A DNA stretch of 64,000 bases, from contig OY970194.1 in NCBI GenBank assembly GCA_963708075.1, positions 4,704,001 to 4,768,000 on the forward strand. Direction: 5' to 3'. How positions within the stretch are numbered: the stretch's first letter is position 1; every line of letters begins with the position of its first letter. Source of the DNA: Sedimentisphaerales bacterium (lineage in GTDB: Bacteria > Planctomycetota > Phycisphaerae > Sedimentisphaerales > Anaerobacaceae). Positions 1-8,891 of this stretch are shown here, one piece after another. Both the position numbers and the translations under genes were made by a program. A model generated the notes under the pieces. It had not been told where the DNA came from and made no database searches. It was given only the letters and a program-made list of their open reading frames with translations.

Positions 1-417
1 CCTGGCCACCTGCGTGAGCAGTTCGCCGGCCATGACGAGCGGCTCCTTATTAGCAATGGCCAGTCGCTTGCCGGCTCGCGCCGCCGCCAAAGCTGAAGGC
101 AGCCCGGCTGCCCCTACCACTGCCGTAAGCACTGTATCGACCTCGTTCGACTGTGCGAGATCGCTGAGACTGCCGGCGCCCGTCAGGATCTCGACATCCA
201 GGTCGCCAACCAGTGCCCGGAACCGCGATGCACAGTCTGCGTTGGTTACGGCCACGAGCCGGGGCTTATACTGCCGGGTCTGTTTGGCCAGAAGCTCCAC
301 GTTGCGGTGGGCGCTCAGGCCGACCACCTGGTACTCCGGGCCCAAGGCTTCGATCACGCGCAAGGCATTGCGCCCGATGGAGCCGGTCGATCCCAGTATG
401 GCAATTCCTCGTGGCAT
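1..417 (-). CDS. dxr: 1-deoxy-D-xylulose 5-phosphate reductoisomerase, 5' part (runs off window)
   Basis: Manual translation of minus strand from ATG at 417: MPRGIAILGSTGSIGRNALRVI...GKRLAIANKE, hallmark DXR motifs; absent from the ORF track because it has no stop in the window. Confidence 0.95.
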   Translation of the reverse strand, partial: MPRGIAILGSTGSIGRNALRVIEALGPEYQVVGLSAHRNVELLAKQTRQYKPRLVAVTNADCASRFRALVGDLDVEILTGAGSLSDLAQSNEVDTVLTAVVGAAGLPSALAAARAGKRLAIANKEPLVMAGELLTQVAR

Positions 418-541
418 ATCCCAACCATCAAAGTCAGCACTCTCGCTTTCAAGACAACGCGAGATCCCGCCCCAACCTGCCGTCGGGCTCGGGAGAAGAC
501 ACACGAACACCCTTCACCGGCCCCCGCGGACGACGGGGATG

Positions 542-570
542 ATAGTATGATGAAAGCAGTCGGACTGTCA
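542..570 (-). promoter_or_regulatory. Putative sigma70 promoter for dxr
   Basis: Minus strand TTGACA-N18-TACTAT (or N16-CATACT) about 125 nt upstream of the dxr ATG. Confidence 0.5.
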
Positions 571-1183
571 AGGTGCAATACCTCCCCTGCAGCCGATCTC
601 CCTCATGGACGTGCGGTCCATAGAATGAAAAAGGCCATAAGTGGGAAGCTTATGGCCTGTCGCTTGTAACCGAAATATTGTGTGTCGTGTTTTGTCAAAT
701 TGTCGTATTGTCTTCATTTTTCTCAGGGCCCCAGAGGCGGCGGACGGATCAGGGCCGAGGAGTACCATTGCTCCATGAGGTTATCCTGCTCACCAATGAT
801 ATTTTGAAAGTCGCGTTGTTTGATGTCTTGGGTTTGTTCTGCGGATTGGGGACACACGCATAGTCCCAGGAACAGCCACAGAATTTCAGCGACGAACTTC
901 CATGTTTTCATGGTACGGATCCCCAAATGGTCCATGGATGGTATCGGCGCGAGTGGGACGAATTTCTTAGCCTATTTTGGTGTCTTTGGAAGCATCGCAT
1001 GGGCCGGGGATCGAGCGGTTTCCCCGGCCGTCCGATAGTAGTATTGAGAACAGATATTCTCTGGTCTTTGTCTTTCGGCCCGCCTGCTGGAGATGGGGAA
1101 ATCTGCATTATCAGGGCTGAAATGTGCGATGAGTGACGCGCGAAGATTTTTCGCTGGGGATAGTGCAGTGCTGAAAAAGCGAT

Positions 1184-2089
1184 CTATCGGTTGCGCTGGA
1201 GCAGGGCGGCGGCCAATGTGTGCAGCACGCCGGCCCGTGGGCCGAACGGGGCGAGAGCCTCAATGGCTTGCCGGGCCAGCGCACGCTCCAACTCTCTCGA
1301 TTTCTCGATCCCGATCACGGCCGGATACGTGCACTTGGCGGCCTCAACGTCCTTACCCGCCGTCTTACCCAACTGCTCGCTGGAGGCACTGACATCGAGG
1401 ATGTCGTCGGCGATCTGGAAGCCAAGGCCGATTTTCAGCCCGTAGCAGGCCAAAGCGTCCAATTGCGCCGCATTTGCCCGGCCGCACAGGCCACCCATCA
1501 CGGCGGCGCAGCGGAACATCTTGGCGGTCTTGTTGGTGTGAATGTATTCGAGGGTTTCAGTATCGCCGGCGGTGTTTTCCGCCTTGATGTCGGCGATCTG
1601 GCCGGCGATCATGCCCGCAGCTCCGGCTGCCTCGGCCAGTTGGGCAACAAGCTCGATGGCCAGCCGGGCGTCCTGAATCCTGCGGGCGAGGACCTCGAAC
1701 GCCAGCGTCAGGAGAGCGTCGCCGGTGAGAATCGCGGTCGCCTCATCGAACGCCTTGTGGCAGGTCGGCCGGCCCCGACGAAGATCGTCGTTGTCCATCG
1801 CGGGCAGATCGTCGTGGACGAGCGAATAGGTGTGGACCATCTCGATAGCGGCGGCGGCTACACGGGCATCGGCGTTGTCCTTCCCGGCCACCAGCTCACA
1901 GCACCACAGCAGAAGGGCCGACCGAATCCGCTTGCCCGGAGAGGAAAGCGTGTATTCCAGGGCCTTCTTCAGGTCCTCGGGGATGTCCTTCTGCTCGGAC
2001 AGAAGCTGGCCGACGGTGCTGTTGACGATCTGGACCTTCTCGTACAGCAGGGTGTTGAAGTCAGAGTCGGCCGCCCGTATCGAACACAT
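1184..2089 (-). CDS. ispA: Polyprenyl (farnesyl/geranylgeranyl) diphosphate synthase
   Basis: GKRIR, SLVHDDLPAMDNDDLRRG (first Asp-rich motif), FQIADDILD (second motif), GKTAGKD. Confidence 0.93.
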   Translation of the reverse strand: MCSIRAADSDFNTLLYEKVQIVNSTVGQLLSEQKDIPEDLKKALEYTLSSPGKRIRSALLLWCCELVAGKDNADARVAAAAIEMVHTYSLVHDDLPAMDNDDLRRGRPTCHKAFDEATAILTGDALLTLAFEVLARRIQDARLAIELVAQLAEAAGAAGMIAGQIADIKAENTAGDTETLEYIHTNKTAKMFRCAAVMGGLCGRANAAQLDALACYGLKIGLGFQIADDILDVSASSEQLGKTAGKDVEAAKCTYPAVIGIEKSRELERALARQAIEALAPFGPRAGVLHTLAAALLQRNR

Positions 2090-2265
2090 ATTTACTATTT
2101 ACGAATTACCATTTACTATTGAGAGGAGGCTCATTTCGCCCGGTTGAGGCTTGCATAGTCGCTGGTCATCGGGAGCAGCGACGGGCAATTCACGACCAAC
2201 GGCTCGCGAAGGAGTCATTCGCCGGACGAAGCCAAATGGTAAATGGTAAATAGCAAATCGTCAAT
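2090..2265. repeat. Inverted pair of degenerate 7-mer tandem arrays (ATTTACT)n ... (AAATGGT)n between divergent ispA and miaA
   Basis: 2090-2121 atttact atttacg aattacc atttact attg; 2234-2265 aaatggt aaatggt aaatagc aaatcgt caat. Confidence 0.8.
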
Positions 2266-3175
2266 GATATTGATTTTGGGCGTGACGGCCTCGGGCAAGG
2301 GCCGGGCGGCGTTCGAGCTGGCTCGGCAACTCGATGGCGAGATCGTCAGCGTGGACTCGATGAAGGTCTATCGCCGAATGGACATCGGCACGGCCAAGCC
2401 ATCCAGAGAGGCCCGGCAGCAGGTCCGATATCACATGATCGACATCGTCGAGCCCAGCGAATCGTTCAGCGTGGGCCTGTTTCTTGACCGGGCAAACGCC
2501 GCGATCGAGGATATCCGCAGCCGGGGCAAAGCGGTCATTGCGGTCGGCGGCACGGCCCTGTACATCAAGACCCTGCTCTACGGCCTATTCGAGGGGCCCG
2601 GCGGCGATGACCAGGTCCGGGCCGAACTGCGGGCCAGAGCAGCGGCCGAGGGACTGGCCTCACTCCATCGCGAGCTTGCCCGAATCGATCCGGAAGCGGC
2701 GGACCGGATCAACGTAAACGATGCCAAGCGGATCATTCGGGCCTTGGAGGTCTACCAACTCACCGGAAAGCCCATTTCGAGCTTCCAGAAGCAGTTCGAG
2801 GCGGAGCGGCCGATCTGCGACTGGACTATTATCGGACTGCGTCGCGAGCGGGCCGTCGAGAGCCGCCGAATCAATGCCCGGGTCAAAAAGATGATCGAGC
2901 AGGGCCTGCTGGACGAGGTCAAATCCCTGCTCGCCGAGGATAACCCCTTGAGTCAGCAGGCACGCTGCGCCATCGGCTATGCCGAGATTATCGGACACAT
3001 CGAGGGTCGGATGAGCCTGGACGAAGCCGTCGAGTTGATCAAGAAGAACACCCGCCGCCTGGCCAAGGGCCAGCGCACCTGGTTCAAGACCTTCCGCCCC
3101 ATGCACTGGGTCGACATCGGCGAGGAAGAGCCCCCCGAGAGCGTGATGGATCGCGTCCGGCAGATAGTCTTATGA
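2264..3175 (+). CDS. miaA: tRNA dimethylallyltransferase
   Basis: GVTASGKG, VSVDSMKVYRRMDIGTAKP, VGGTALY, LAKGQRTWF; start placed at ATG 2264 after the 7-mer arm. Confidence 0.96.
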   Translation: MILILGVTASGKGRAAFELARQLDGEIVSVDSMKVYRRMDIGTAKPSREARQQVRYHMIDIVEPSESFSVGLFLDRANAAIEDIRSRGKAVIAVGGTALYIKTLLYGLFEGPGGDDQVRAELRARAAAEGLASLHRELARIDPEAADRINVNDAKRIIRALEVYQLTGKPISSFQKQFEAERPICDWTIIGLRRERAVESRRINARVKKMIEQGLLDEVKSLLAEDNPLSQQARCAIGYAEIIGHIEGRMSLDEAVELIKKNTRRLAKGQRTWFKTFRPMHWVDIGEEEPPESVMDRVRQIVL

Positions 3176-3206
3176 TGCCTCCGTCACAAGTAGCTGTCGA
3201 GTCGTC

Positions 3207-3491
3207 GCGCCGCTGTGCGGCTGGTGTCGGGAAGAAACGAGATGGTCTGGGTGCCATGCTTACTCTCGCGTAAGCATGCTTTGTCCATCGAGTCGAACAT
3301 GTCTACGCAAGTACGTGTTTAGCGCGAAGCCCGCCGTTCACCGGGTGGCACCGCCAAACTCGTTTGACGGTGCTCATTCGACCGAGTCTGGTCAATCGAG
3401 AACCCCACGGGCAAACAAGTTTGCCCGTGCCACCCAGGACTGGGCGCGTCCAGGCTAAACACGTACCTACGCAAGCGTAGACATGGCACCC
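3207..3491. repeat. REP/REPIN-like palindromic element, copy 1 (GGGTGCCATG...CATGGCACCC), interrupted by a MITE
   Basis: Hairpins CATGCTTACTCTCGCGTAAGCATG and CATGTCTACGC-AA-GCGTAGACATG; homologous to 33096-33379. Confidence 0.85.
3311..3466 (+). mobile_element. 156-bp MITE with 13-bp TIRs and 8-bp target duplication
   Basis: TIRs GTACGTGTTTAGC / GCTAAACACGTAC; flanking direct repeat CTACGCAA at 3303-3310 and 3467-3474; near-identical inverted copy at 33205-33360. Confidence 0.88.
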
Positions 3492-4975
3492 AACGCCGTG
3501 AACTCTTCAGGGATTATAGAAGACGCAAGTGAAGGAAACGCAAGAGAATAGAGCCTCCTTGCCGATGTTGTATTTGTCCGGACAACAAAGCAAGGAGGTG
3601 TCCAATGAACACTCGAAAGATCGAGAGCAGAGGCTCTACGCATTTTCATCGGCAGCCGTTGCGTTCGGCCATGAGTCAGATTTTCATGGCCCCCTTTTTT
3701 CGGCTCTGGCGGCTCTGGGGTCCACGAGCGGTTGTCGTGTGGGCCGATGGACGCTGGAGTATGTGATCTACCTGTCTGTGCTGATGGCGTTGGAGCCGTC
3801 GCGGACACTGAAGGATCGGTTCACTCACGCCCGCCAGGGGCTGATCGAGATGTATCGAGGCCGCAAACGTCCCGGCGGGACCTACCAGGGATACATCAAG
3901 GCCCGCCGCAGGATCAATGGCAAACAACGCCAAGCCATCAAACACCACCTTCGGCGTCACCATCGTCGCATCGCCGGTGCGTTCTGGCGGCGGGACGGCT
4001 GGTTGGCCTTTTCGGCCGATGGCACACGGATCGAAGTCCCCCGGACCGCCAGGAACCAAAAGAGCTTCGGTTGTGCAGGTCGCAAGAAGACGGGGCCGCA
4101 GTTGTCGTTGACCAGTCTGTACCACCTGGGCACAGGACTGCCGTGGGCGTGGCGGATCGGAGCGGGGATTCAGTCGGAGCAGACGCACCTGCACTCGATG
4201 GCGGGATTGCTGCCGAGCAGGTCTTTGCTGGTGGCGGACGCCGGCTTTACGGGTTTTGATCTTCTGCGATCGCTGGTAGATCGTGGAGTGCAGGTTCTGG
4301 TGCGGATGGGTTCGAACCGTACGCTGCTGACGGGTCTGACGGATGTGCACGTCAAGATCAAGGGCGAGTTGGTGTGGCTGTGGCCGACGCGAAAACAATC
4401 GAAGTGTCCGCCGTTGCAACTGCGGCTGATCCGGATCGAGCAGGCGCATCATTCACCGGTGTACCTGGTGACCAGCGTGATGGAGGAGCAGGCCCTGACG
4501 GATCGGCAGATCGGTCAGTTCTATCGGATGCGGTGGGGCCACGAGGTCTTCTATCGCTCGTTCAAACGGACGCTGGAGCAGCACAAGATGCGAAGCGGCT
4601 GTCCGCAGGAGGCCCGGCGGGAACTGGACTGGGCGATGCTGGCGTATCTGGTAGTCGGTCTGTGGAGCGTGGAGGCATTGATCGGGGCCAAGCGGGATCC
4701 GCTATGCTGGAGCGTATGCGAATCGCTGCGGGTGGTCCGGCGCATCATGCATCCTCTCGGGCGGTCTGCTCGAAGAGCCGGTCTTCGGGCTCAACTGCAA
4801 AAGGCAGTCAAAGACGCCTACGTCCGAAGCGGACCGAAACAGGCTCGGCATTGGCCGCACAAGAAGAACGATCCTCCCGCGGGCCTACCGAGAATCCGCC
4901 CCGCCAATGAGAAGGAAAAACGCTGTGCCAAAAGGATTTACGAAAAGACCAAGGCCGCTTAAGTTCACGGCGTTG
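3491..4975 (+). mobile_element. IS4-family insertion sequence (1485 bp)
   Basis: Perfect 14-bp TIR CAACGCCGTGAACT / AGTTCACGGCGTTG; 9-bp TSD CATGGCACC at 3482-3490 and 4976-4984; DDE transposase inside. Confidence 0.92.
3605..4962 (+). CDS. IS4-family DDE transposase (probable frameshift near 3690)
   Basis: SADGT, VADAGF, YRMRWGHEVFYRSFK (YREK-like signature); AAGGAGG RBS precedes ATG 3605, which is out of frame with the long ORF 3529-4962. Confidence 0.85.
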
Positions 4976-5025
4976 CATGGCACCCGGCCCGTTAATTTCT
5001 TAGGAGGCTTGATGCCAGGGTCTCG

Positions 5026-5047
5026 TAGGATGGGCTTTAGCCCATGC
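5026..5047. repeat. GTAG-type REP hairpin
   Basis: GTAGGATGGGCTTTAGCCCATG. Confidence 0.6.
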
Positions 5048-5080
5048 TGCTCTTTCGGAGACCGACACGTACGCCGTGGC

Positions 5081-5663
5081 TCAGGCGGTTTGCAGTTCCT
5101 GCTGGGCGTGGAGCACTGCGGCGGTTCTCGCCCAGGACGAGTTGCTTGATCAGGCTGCGCGGGACCGAGGTCATCCCCAGGCGGAAGACTCGCTCCTCAA
5201 CCATTGAGGCGATAACCCGGGCGATCTGGCGGGGCAGATGAGAGCGGGTCATCAGGTCGTACACGATTCGCGTCTTGTCCCAGGGGATCCCTGCGGGCGT
5301 ATGTCGTGCTTGGGACAGTTGCCCAAGATCGGCGAAGTCCTGCACGTTGACGTCAATGACCTCCGTGCGGCTGCGCCGCAGCCGCCGCTCCAGAGCATGT
5401 TCCGTTATCGCAGCGGCGGCCTCCTGGCTGCCGGTGGCAACCAACACTGCCTTGATCATGGCAAAAACCTCGCTGGAGCTGACGATGCGCCGGGCCGCCT
5501 CCTGGTAGAGATGGAACGTCACCACCTCCGCAAGATGCTCGGCGAGCGTCATATCCGGCTGCCCCGCGGCGGCCAGCGCGTTGTTGATCGCCCCCAGCAC
5601 CTTCGTGTGCAGATAAGCTTCGGTGCTGCCGTCCGCCTTGACGACTCGAAGCTGCTTAGCCAT
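5081..5663 (-). CDS. Stand-alone ATP-cone-like protein (probably two cones); likely 1-base frameshift near the 3' end
   Basis: N-terminus LRVVKADGSTEAYLHTKV resembles the ATP-cone VxKRDG motif; second segment PWDKTRIVYDL...ARVIASMVEERV; removing one A near 5125 gives ...GETAAVLHAQQELQTA* ending at 5081. Confidence 0.7.
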
Positions 5664-5691
5664 CGATCCCCCTTTGCTTCCCTGCTAACGT

Positions 5692-6183
5692 TTACCCGTC
5701 GAAGAGCTTGAGCTGGTCGGCCGGCTCGCTCTCCTGGATCGCCCGCGTCACTTCGTCGATGAGCTCGCCGGCGTCCTTGAACTCGCGGTACACGCTGGCG
5801 AAGCGGATATACGCCACCTTGTCCACCTCGCGCAGGTGCCTCATCACACATTCGCCGATGAACGCCGAGGTCACCTCCCGATCGAACTGCCGGAAGACAT
5901 CCTCCTCGGTCTTGTCGGCGATCTGCTGAATCTGCTCGGCAGACACCGGCCTCTTGTAGCAGGCCTTCTGCACGCCGACGATGATCTTGTCCCGGTCATA
6001 CGGCACGCGGGACTTGTCCTTCTTCACCACGTGCAGCTTGATACTGTCGCCCGTCTTCTCATAGGTCGTGAACCGCCTCTCGCAGACCAGGCACTGGCGC
6101 CGCCGCCGGATCACTCGGCCGGCATCGCTTGAGCGTGAGTCGATCACCTTATCATTATCTTCCTTGCAGAAAGGGCATCTCAC
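5692..6183 (-). CDS. nrdR: Transcriptional repressor NrdR
   Basis: MRCPFC...VIDSR...RRRRQCLVCERRFTTYE zinc ribbon, ATP cone, VAYIRFASVY. Confidence 0.98.
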   Translation of the reverse strand: MRCPFCKEDNDKVIDSRSSDAGRVIRRRRQCLVCERRFTTYEKTGDSIKLHVVKKDKSRVPYDRDKIIVGVQKACYKRPVSAEQIQQIADKTEEDVFRQFDREVTSAFIGECVMRHLREVDKVAYIRFASVYREFKDAGELIDEVTRAIQESEPADQLKLFDG

Positions 6184-6260
6184 GACCCGGACCCGCCTCC
6201 CTCAACAGACAATCCCCATAGATTCAACAAACCGCCACCCCTTTCTTCCCCGGCATGGCA

Positions 6261-6312
6261 ACTCAATATATAGTTATGCGGCCGATTGTAAAATCAACAG
6301 GTGGTATGTCAA
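6261..6312 (-). promoter_or_regulatory. nrdR promoter overlapped by two NrdR boxes
   Basis: Minus strand TTGACA (6312-6307)-N16-TACAAT (6290-6285); boxes ACTCAATATATAGTTA (6261) and AATCAACAGGTGGTAT (6292), 31 bp apart. Confidence 0.75.
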
Positions 6313-6607
6313 GCGAAATATGTGACGACTTGGAGCATATCATGGTTCATCCAGTCCTCGCGCACCTCCCATCAAGCGGCAGTTGCGGCCACCGGTATGA
6401 TTCGGTACGTTCCTCCGGCCGCGCGAACGCGCCCGGCGAGAGGCGCAGCCCTATCCATGCTGGAGGCCACAATGCGATAGACTCTCCAAACGCGACACTT
6501 CGCGCTTGGATCCTGGTCTGCTTGGCAAGAGGCTGGACCTGGGGGCGGGCCCGGTTTACTATGGTTGTGCAGTGAATCCTGTGAACGTGCTGAAAGGAGC
6601 CTCGCGG

Positions 6608-8599
6608 ATGATGCGTAACGGGCGAATCCTTCTTATATGCTGGGCGGCGTTGGTTTCATCAGGCTCGACACTCGGGGCGGATCTGTTCCCGACGGAGGCC
6701 CGCCGGCAGGCGTTTCTCAAAGCACTGGCTGAGTGCGACGGTCGATACGACGCCAGGGAGCAAATGCTTCAGGCCCCCTTCTCCTCGCCGGGGTATCATA
6801 CGACGCTCACCGGCGGCACCGTTCATCCGACGCGTGACTCGTTCAAGTATGCCGTCGCCCTGCTCGACAGCGGCCAGCCCGAGCGAGAGAAGCGTGCCGA
6901 GGCGGTCCTTCACCGGCTCATCGCCCTGCAGGACCAGGACCCCAACAGCCGGACCTACGGCATCTGGTCGTGGTTCGTCGAGGAGCCGCTCGACAAAATG
7001 TCGCCGCCGGACTGGAACTGGGCCGACTTCTGCGGCACACAACTCCTGCAGGTGGCCATCGACCACAGGAGCCGCCTGCCGCTCGAACTGCAGCAGAAGG
7101 TCAGAGACTCGATCCTGCACGCCGCCCGCTCCGTTCAGCGGCGCGATGTCCAGCCGGGCTACACGAACATCGCGCTGATGGGGACATACGTCACGCTTGT
7201 CGCGGGCGAGCAGTTCAACAACTCCGAGCTGCTCAACTACGGCCGCAAGCGCCTCCGCCGCTTCTGGGAGTACACGGTGCAGAAAGGCTCGTTCAGCGAG
7301 TACAACAGCCCCACCTACACCTGCGTCGCCATCGAGGAAATCTCACGCATGATGCAGCACGTCCGCGACGAGGACTCGCAGAAGCTCCTCGAAAAGCTCA
7401 ACGAGTTTGCCTGGCAGCACCTGGCCCGCCGGTTCCACGCGCCGACGAGGCAATGGGCAGGCCCGCACAGCCGCTGCTACTCCACCCTGCTTGGCCCCGG
7501 CACGCTCGGCCTTATCCAGCGGGCCAGCGACGGCCGGGTCGAGCTCGTATCGGAGGCCGACGCCTGGCAGAGCATTGACGCCCAGCGGATCACCCTCAAG
7601 TGCCCCAAGTCATGCGACCTGTACTTCACCGAACTGCCCACGCCTCGTATGGAGGTCGAAGCCTTCGTCCGTAACGAGCGCGACGAGCACGACATCGTCG
7701 GCAGGACGTACCTGCACCCTGATTTCACTTTGGCGAGCGTCAACATCGGCGATTTCTGGAACCAGCGCCGGCCGCTGATCGCGTACTGGAACACGCCCGC
7801 CGGCGTGACCGCCATGCGCCTCCGCGTCCTGCACGACAACTACGATTACTCCTCCGCCAGTCTCTTCACCGTCCAGGATGGCGCCGATATCCTCGCCGCC
7901 GTGGTATTCGCCACCGATCGGGGCGACACCCACATCTCCCTCGACAAGATCAAAGATGCGACGATCGAAGCCAAAGACCTGCGCCTCCGCCTGCAATTCG
8001 AGGGAGCCTTCGATGACCTCGCCCTGCCCGCCATCGACAAGACGGAGATCACAAAGCCCGTGAATTTCACCGCCGGCCCGCTTGTCGGCACGTACTGCAT
8101 TCACAGCGCTGCATTCCACGATCTGCCCCTCACGATCGAGTCCGGCCGGGACGCCGAGACCGCCTGGATCGACTTGGTTCTCTATGACGGCCCGCAACGC
8201 GAATTCAACTTCGCCAAAATCGAGAAGGCCGCCATCGTCCTGACGCTGTCCCTGTCCTGCGTGGCCTCGGACAATCCCCTGCCGCTGACGAATCAATCCT
8301 CCACCGTGAACAGAAAGACCGCTTCCGAGACGACAAATCGTAAATCAGAAATCGTAAATCGTAAATCGCGTTCCCTCGCCACCACGTTCCGCACGGTCGC
8401 GCCCGCCGTCCACATCAGCACCGCCGGCAAGCTCCTCGCTGCCCCCATACCCTCCCCGCGCGAAACCGCTTCGTGGCAGCGAACGAACAAACCCCCGATG
8501 TCCCTGACCATCCCCACGAAGCCCCTGCCCACCAAAGACCAGAAGTCCGCCGCCAACGCCAAGCTCAACGAAATCAACCCCTGGAAGACCGGCTATTAA
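6608..8599 (+). CDS. Secreted hypothetical protein, possibly a carbohydrate-active enzyme
   Basis: AAAGGAG RBS before ATG 6608, signal-peptide-like N-terminus, long GC3-rich ORF with DWNWADF and SEYNSPTY segments; function not recognised. Confidence 0.75.
   Translation: MMRNGRILLICWAALVSSGSTLGADLFPTEARRQAFLKALAECDGRYDAREQMLQAPFSSPGYHTTLTGGTVHPTRDSFKYAVALLDSGQPEREKRAEAVLHRLIALQDQDPNSRTYGIWSWFVEEPLDKMSPPDWNWADFCGTQLLQVAIDHRSRLPLELQQKVRDSILHAARSVQRRDVQPGYTNIALMGTYVTLVAGEQFNNSELLNYGRKRLRRFWEYTVQKGSFSEYNSPTYTCVAIEEISRMMQHVRDEDSQKLLEKLNEFAWQHLARRFHAPTRQWAGPHSRCYSTLLGPGTLGLIQRASDGRVELVSEADAWQSIDAQRITLKCPKSCDLYFTELPTPRMEVEAFVRNERDEHDIVGRTYLHPDFTLASVNIGDFWNQRRPLIAYWNTPAGVTAMRLRVLHDNYDYSSASLFTVQDGADILAAVVFATDRGDTHISLDKIKDATIEAKDLRLRLQFEGAFDDLALPAIDKTEITKPVNFTAGPLVGTYCIHSAAFHDLPLTIESGRDAETAWIDLVLYDGPQREFNFAKIEKAAIVLTLSLSCVASDNPLPLTNQSSTVNRKTASETTNRKSEIVNRKSRSLATTFRTVAPAVHISTAGKLLAAPIPSPRETASWQRTNKPPMSLTIPTKPLPTKDQKSAANAKLNEINPWKTGY
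8335..8368 (+). repeat. (AAATCGT)n 7-mer array inside a CDS
   Basis: aaatcgt aaatcag aaatcgt aaatcgt aaatcg, translated as NRKSEIVNRKS. Confidence 0.8.
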
Positions 8600-8662
8600 G
8601 CTGGATGCGCTCGTGGCGAAAGGTCCCGGCACAGAATCCAGCGGAGATTTCCGGGAAAAGTC

Positions 8663-8690
8663 TTGCATTCGGGCGGACGATAGGTATACT
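8663..8690 (+). promoter_or_regulatory. Putative promoter of the leu operon
   Basis: TTGCAT-N16-TATACT ending 10 nt before the leader ATG. Confidence 0.55.
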
Positions 8691-8700
8691 TGTGTTGATT

Positions 8701-8775
8701 ATGAACGGTATGAGCACAGTTCGAATTCACCTCAACGGCCTCATCGGCTGGCTCGCCCTGCTGCTGCGCCGCTGA
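8701..8775 (+). CDS. Putative leucine attenuation leader peptide MNGMSTVRIHLNGLIGWLALLLRR
   Basis: 24-codon ORF with 6 Leu including CTG CTG CTG, upstream of leuA, followed by hairpin-forming segments. Confidence 0.65.
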   Translation: MNGMSTVRIHLNGLIGWLALLLRR

Positions 8776-8891
8776 GGCGCAAACAACGAAAACACCCACA
8801 ACTAGTTTCCACACCTGTACTTACGCAAAATCGTAGCGTTTTGGGCGTACTTTCGGCATAATGGCCGGCTACGATCGGAGTTCCCGGTGGG

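Noticed and set aside
723..935. Small ORF upstream of dxr ending in ...LIRPPPLGP
   Set aside because: Has a hydrophobic start but no recognisable family or clear RBS; cannot be supported from sequence alone.
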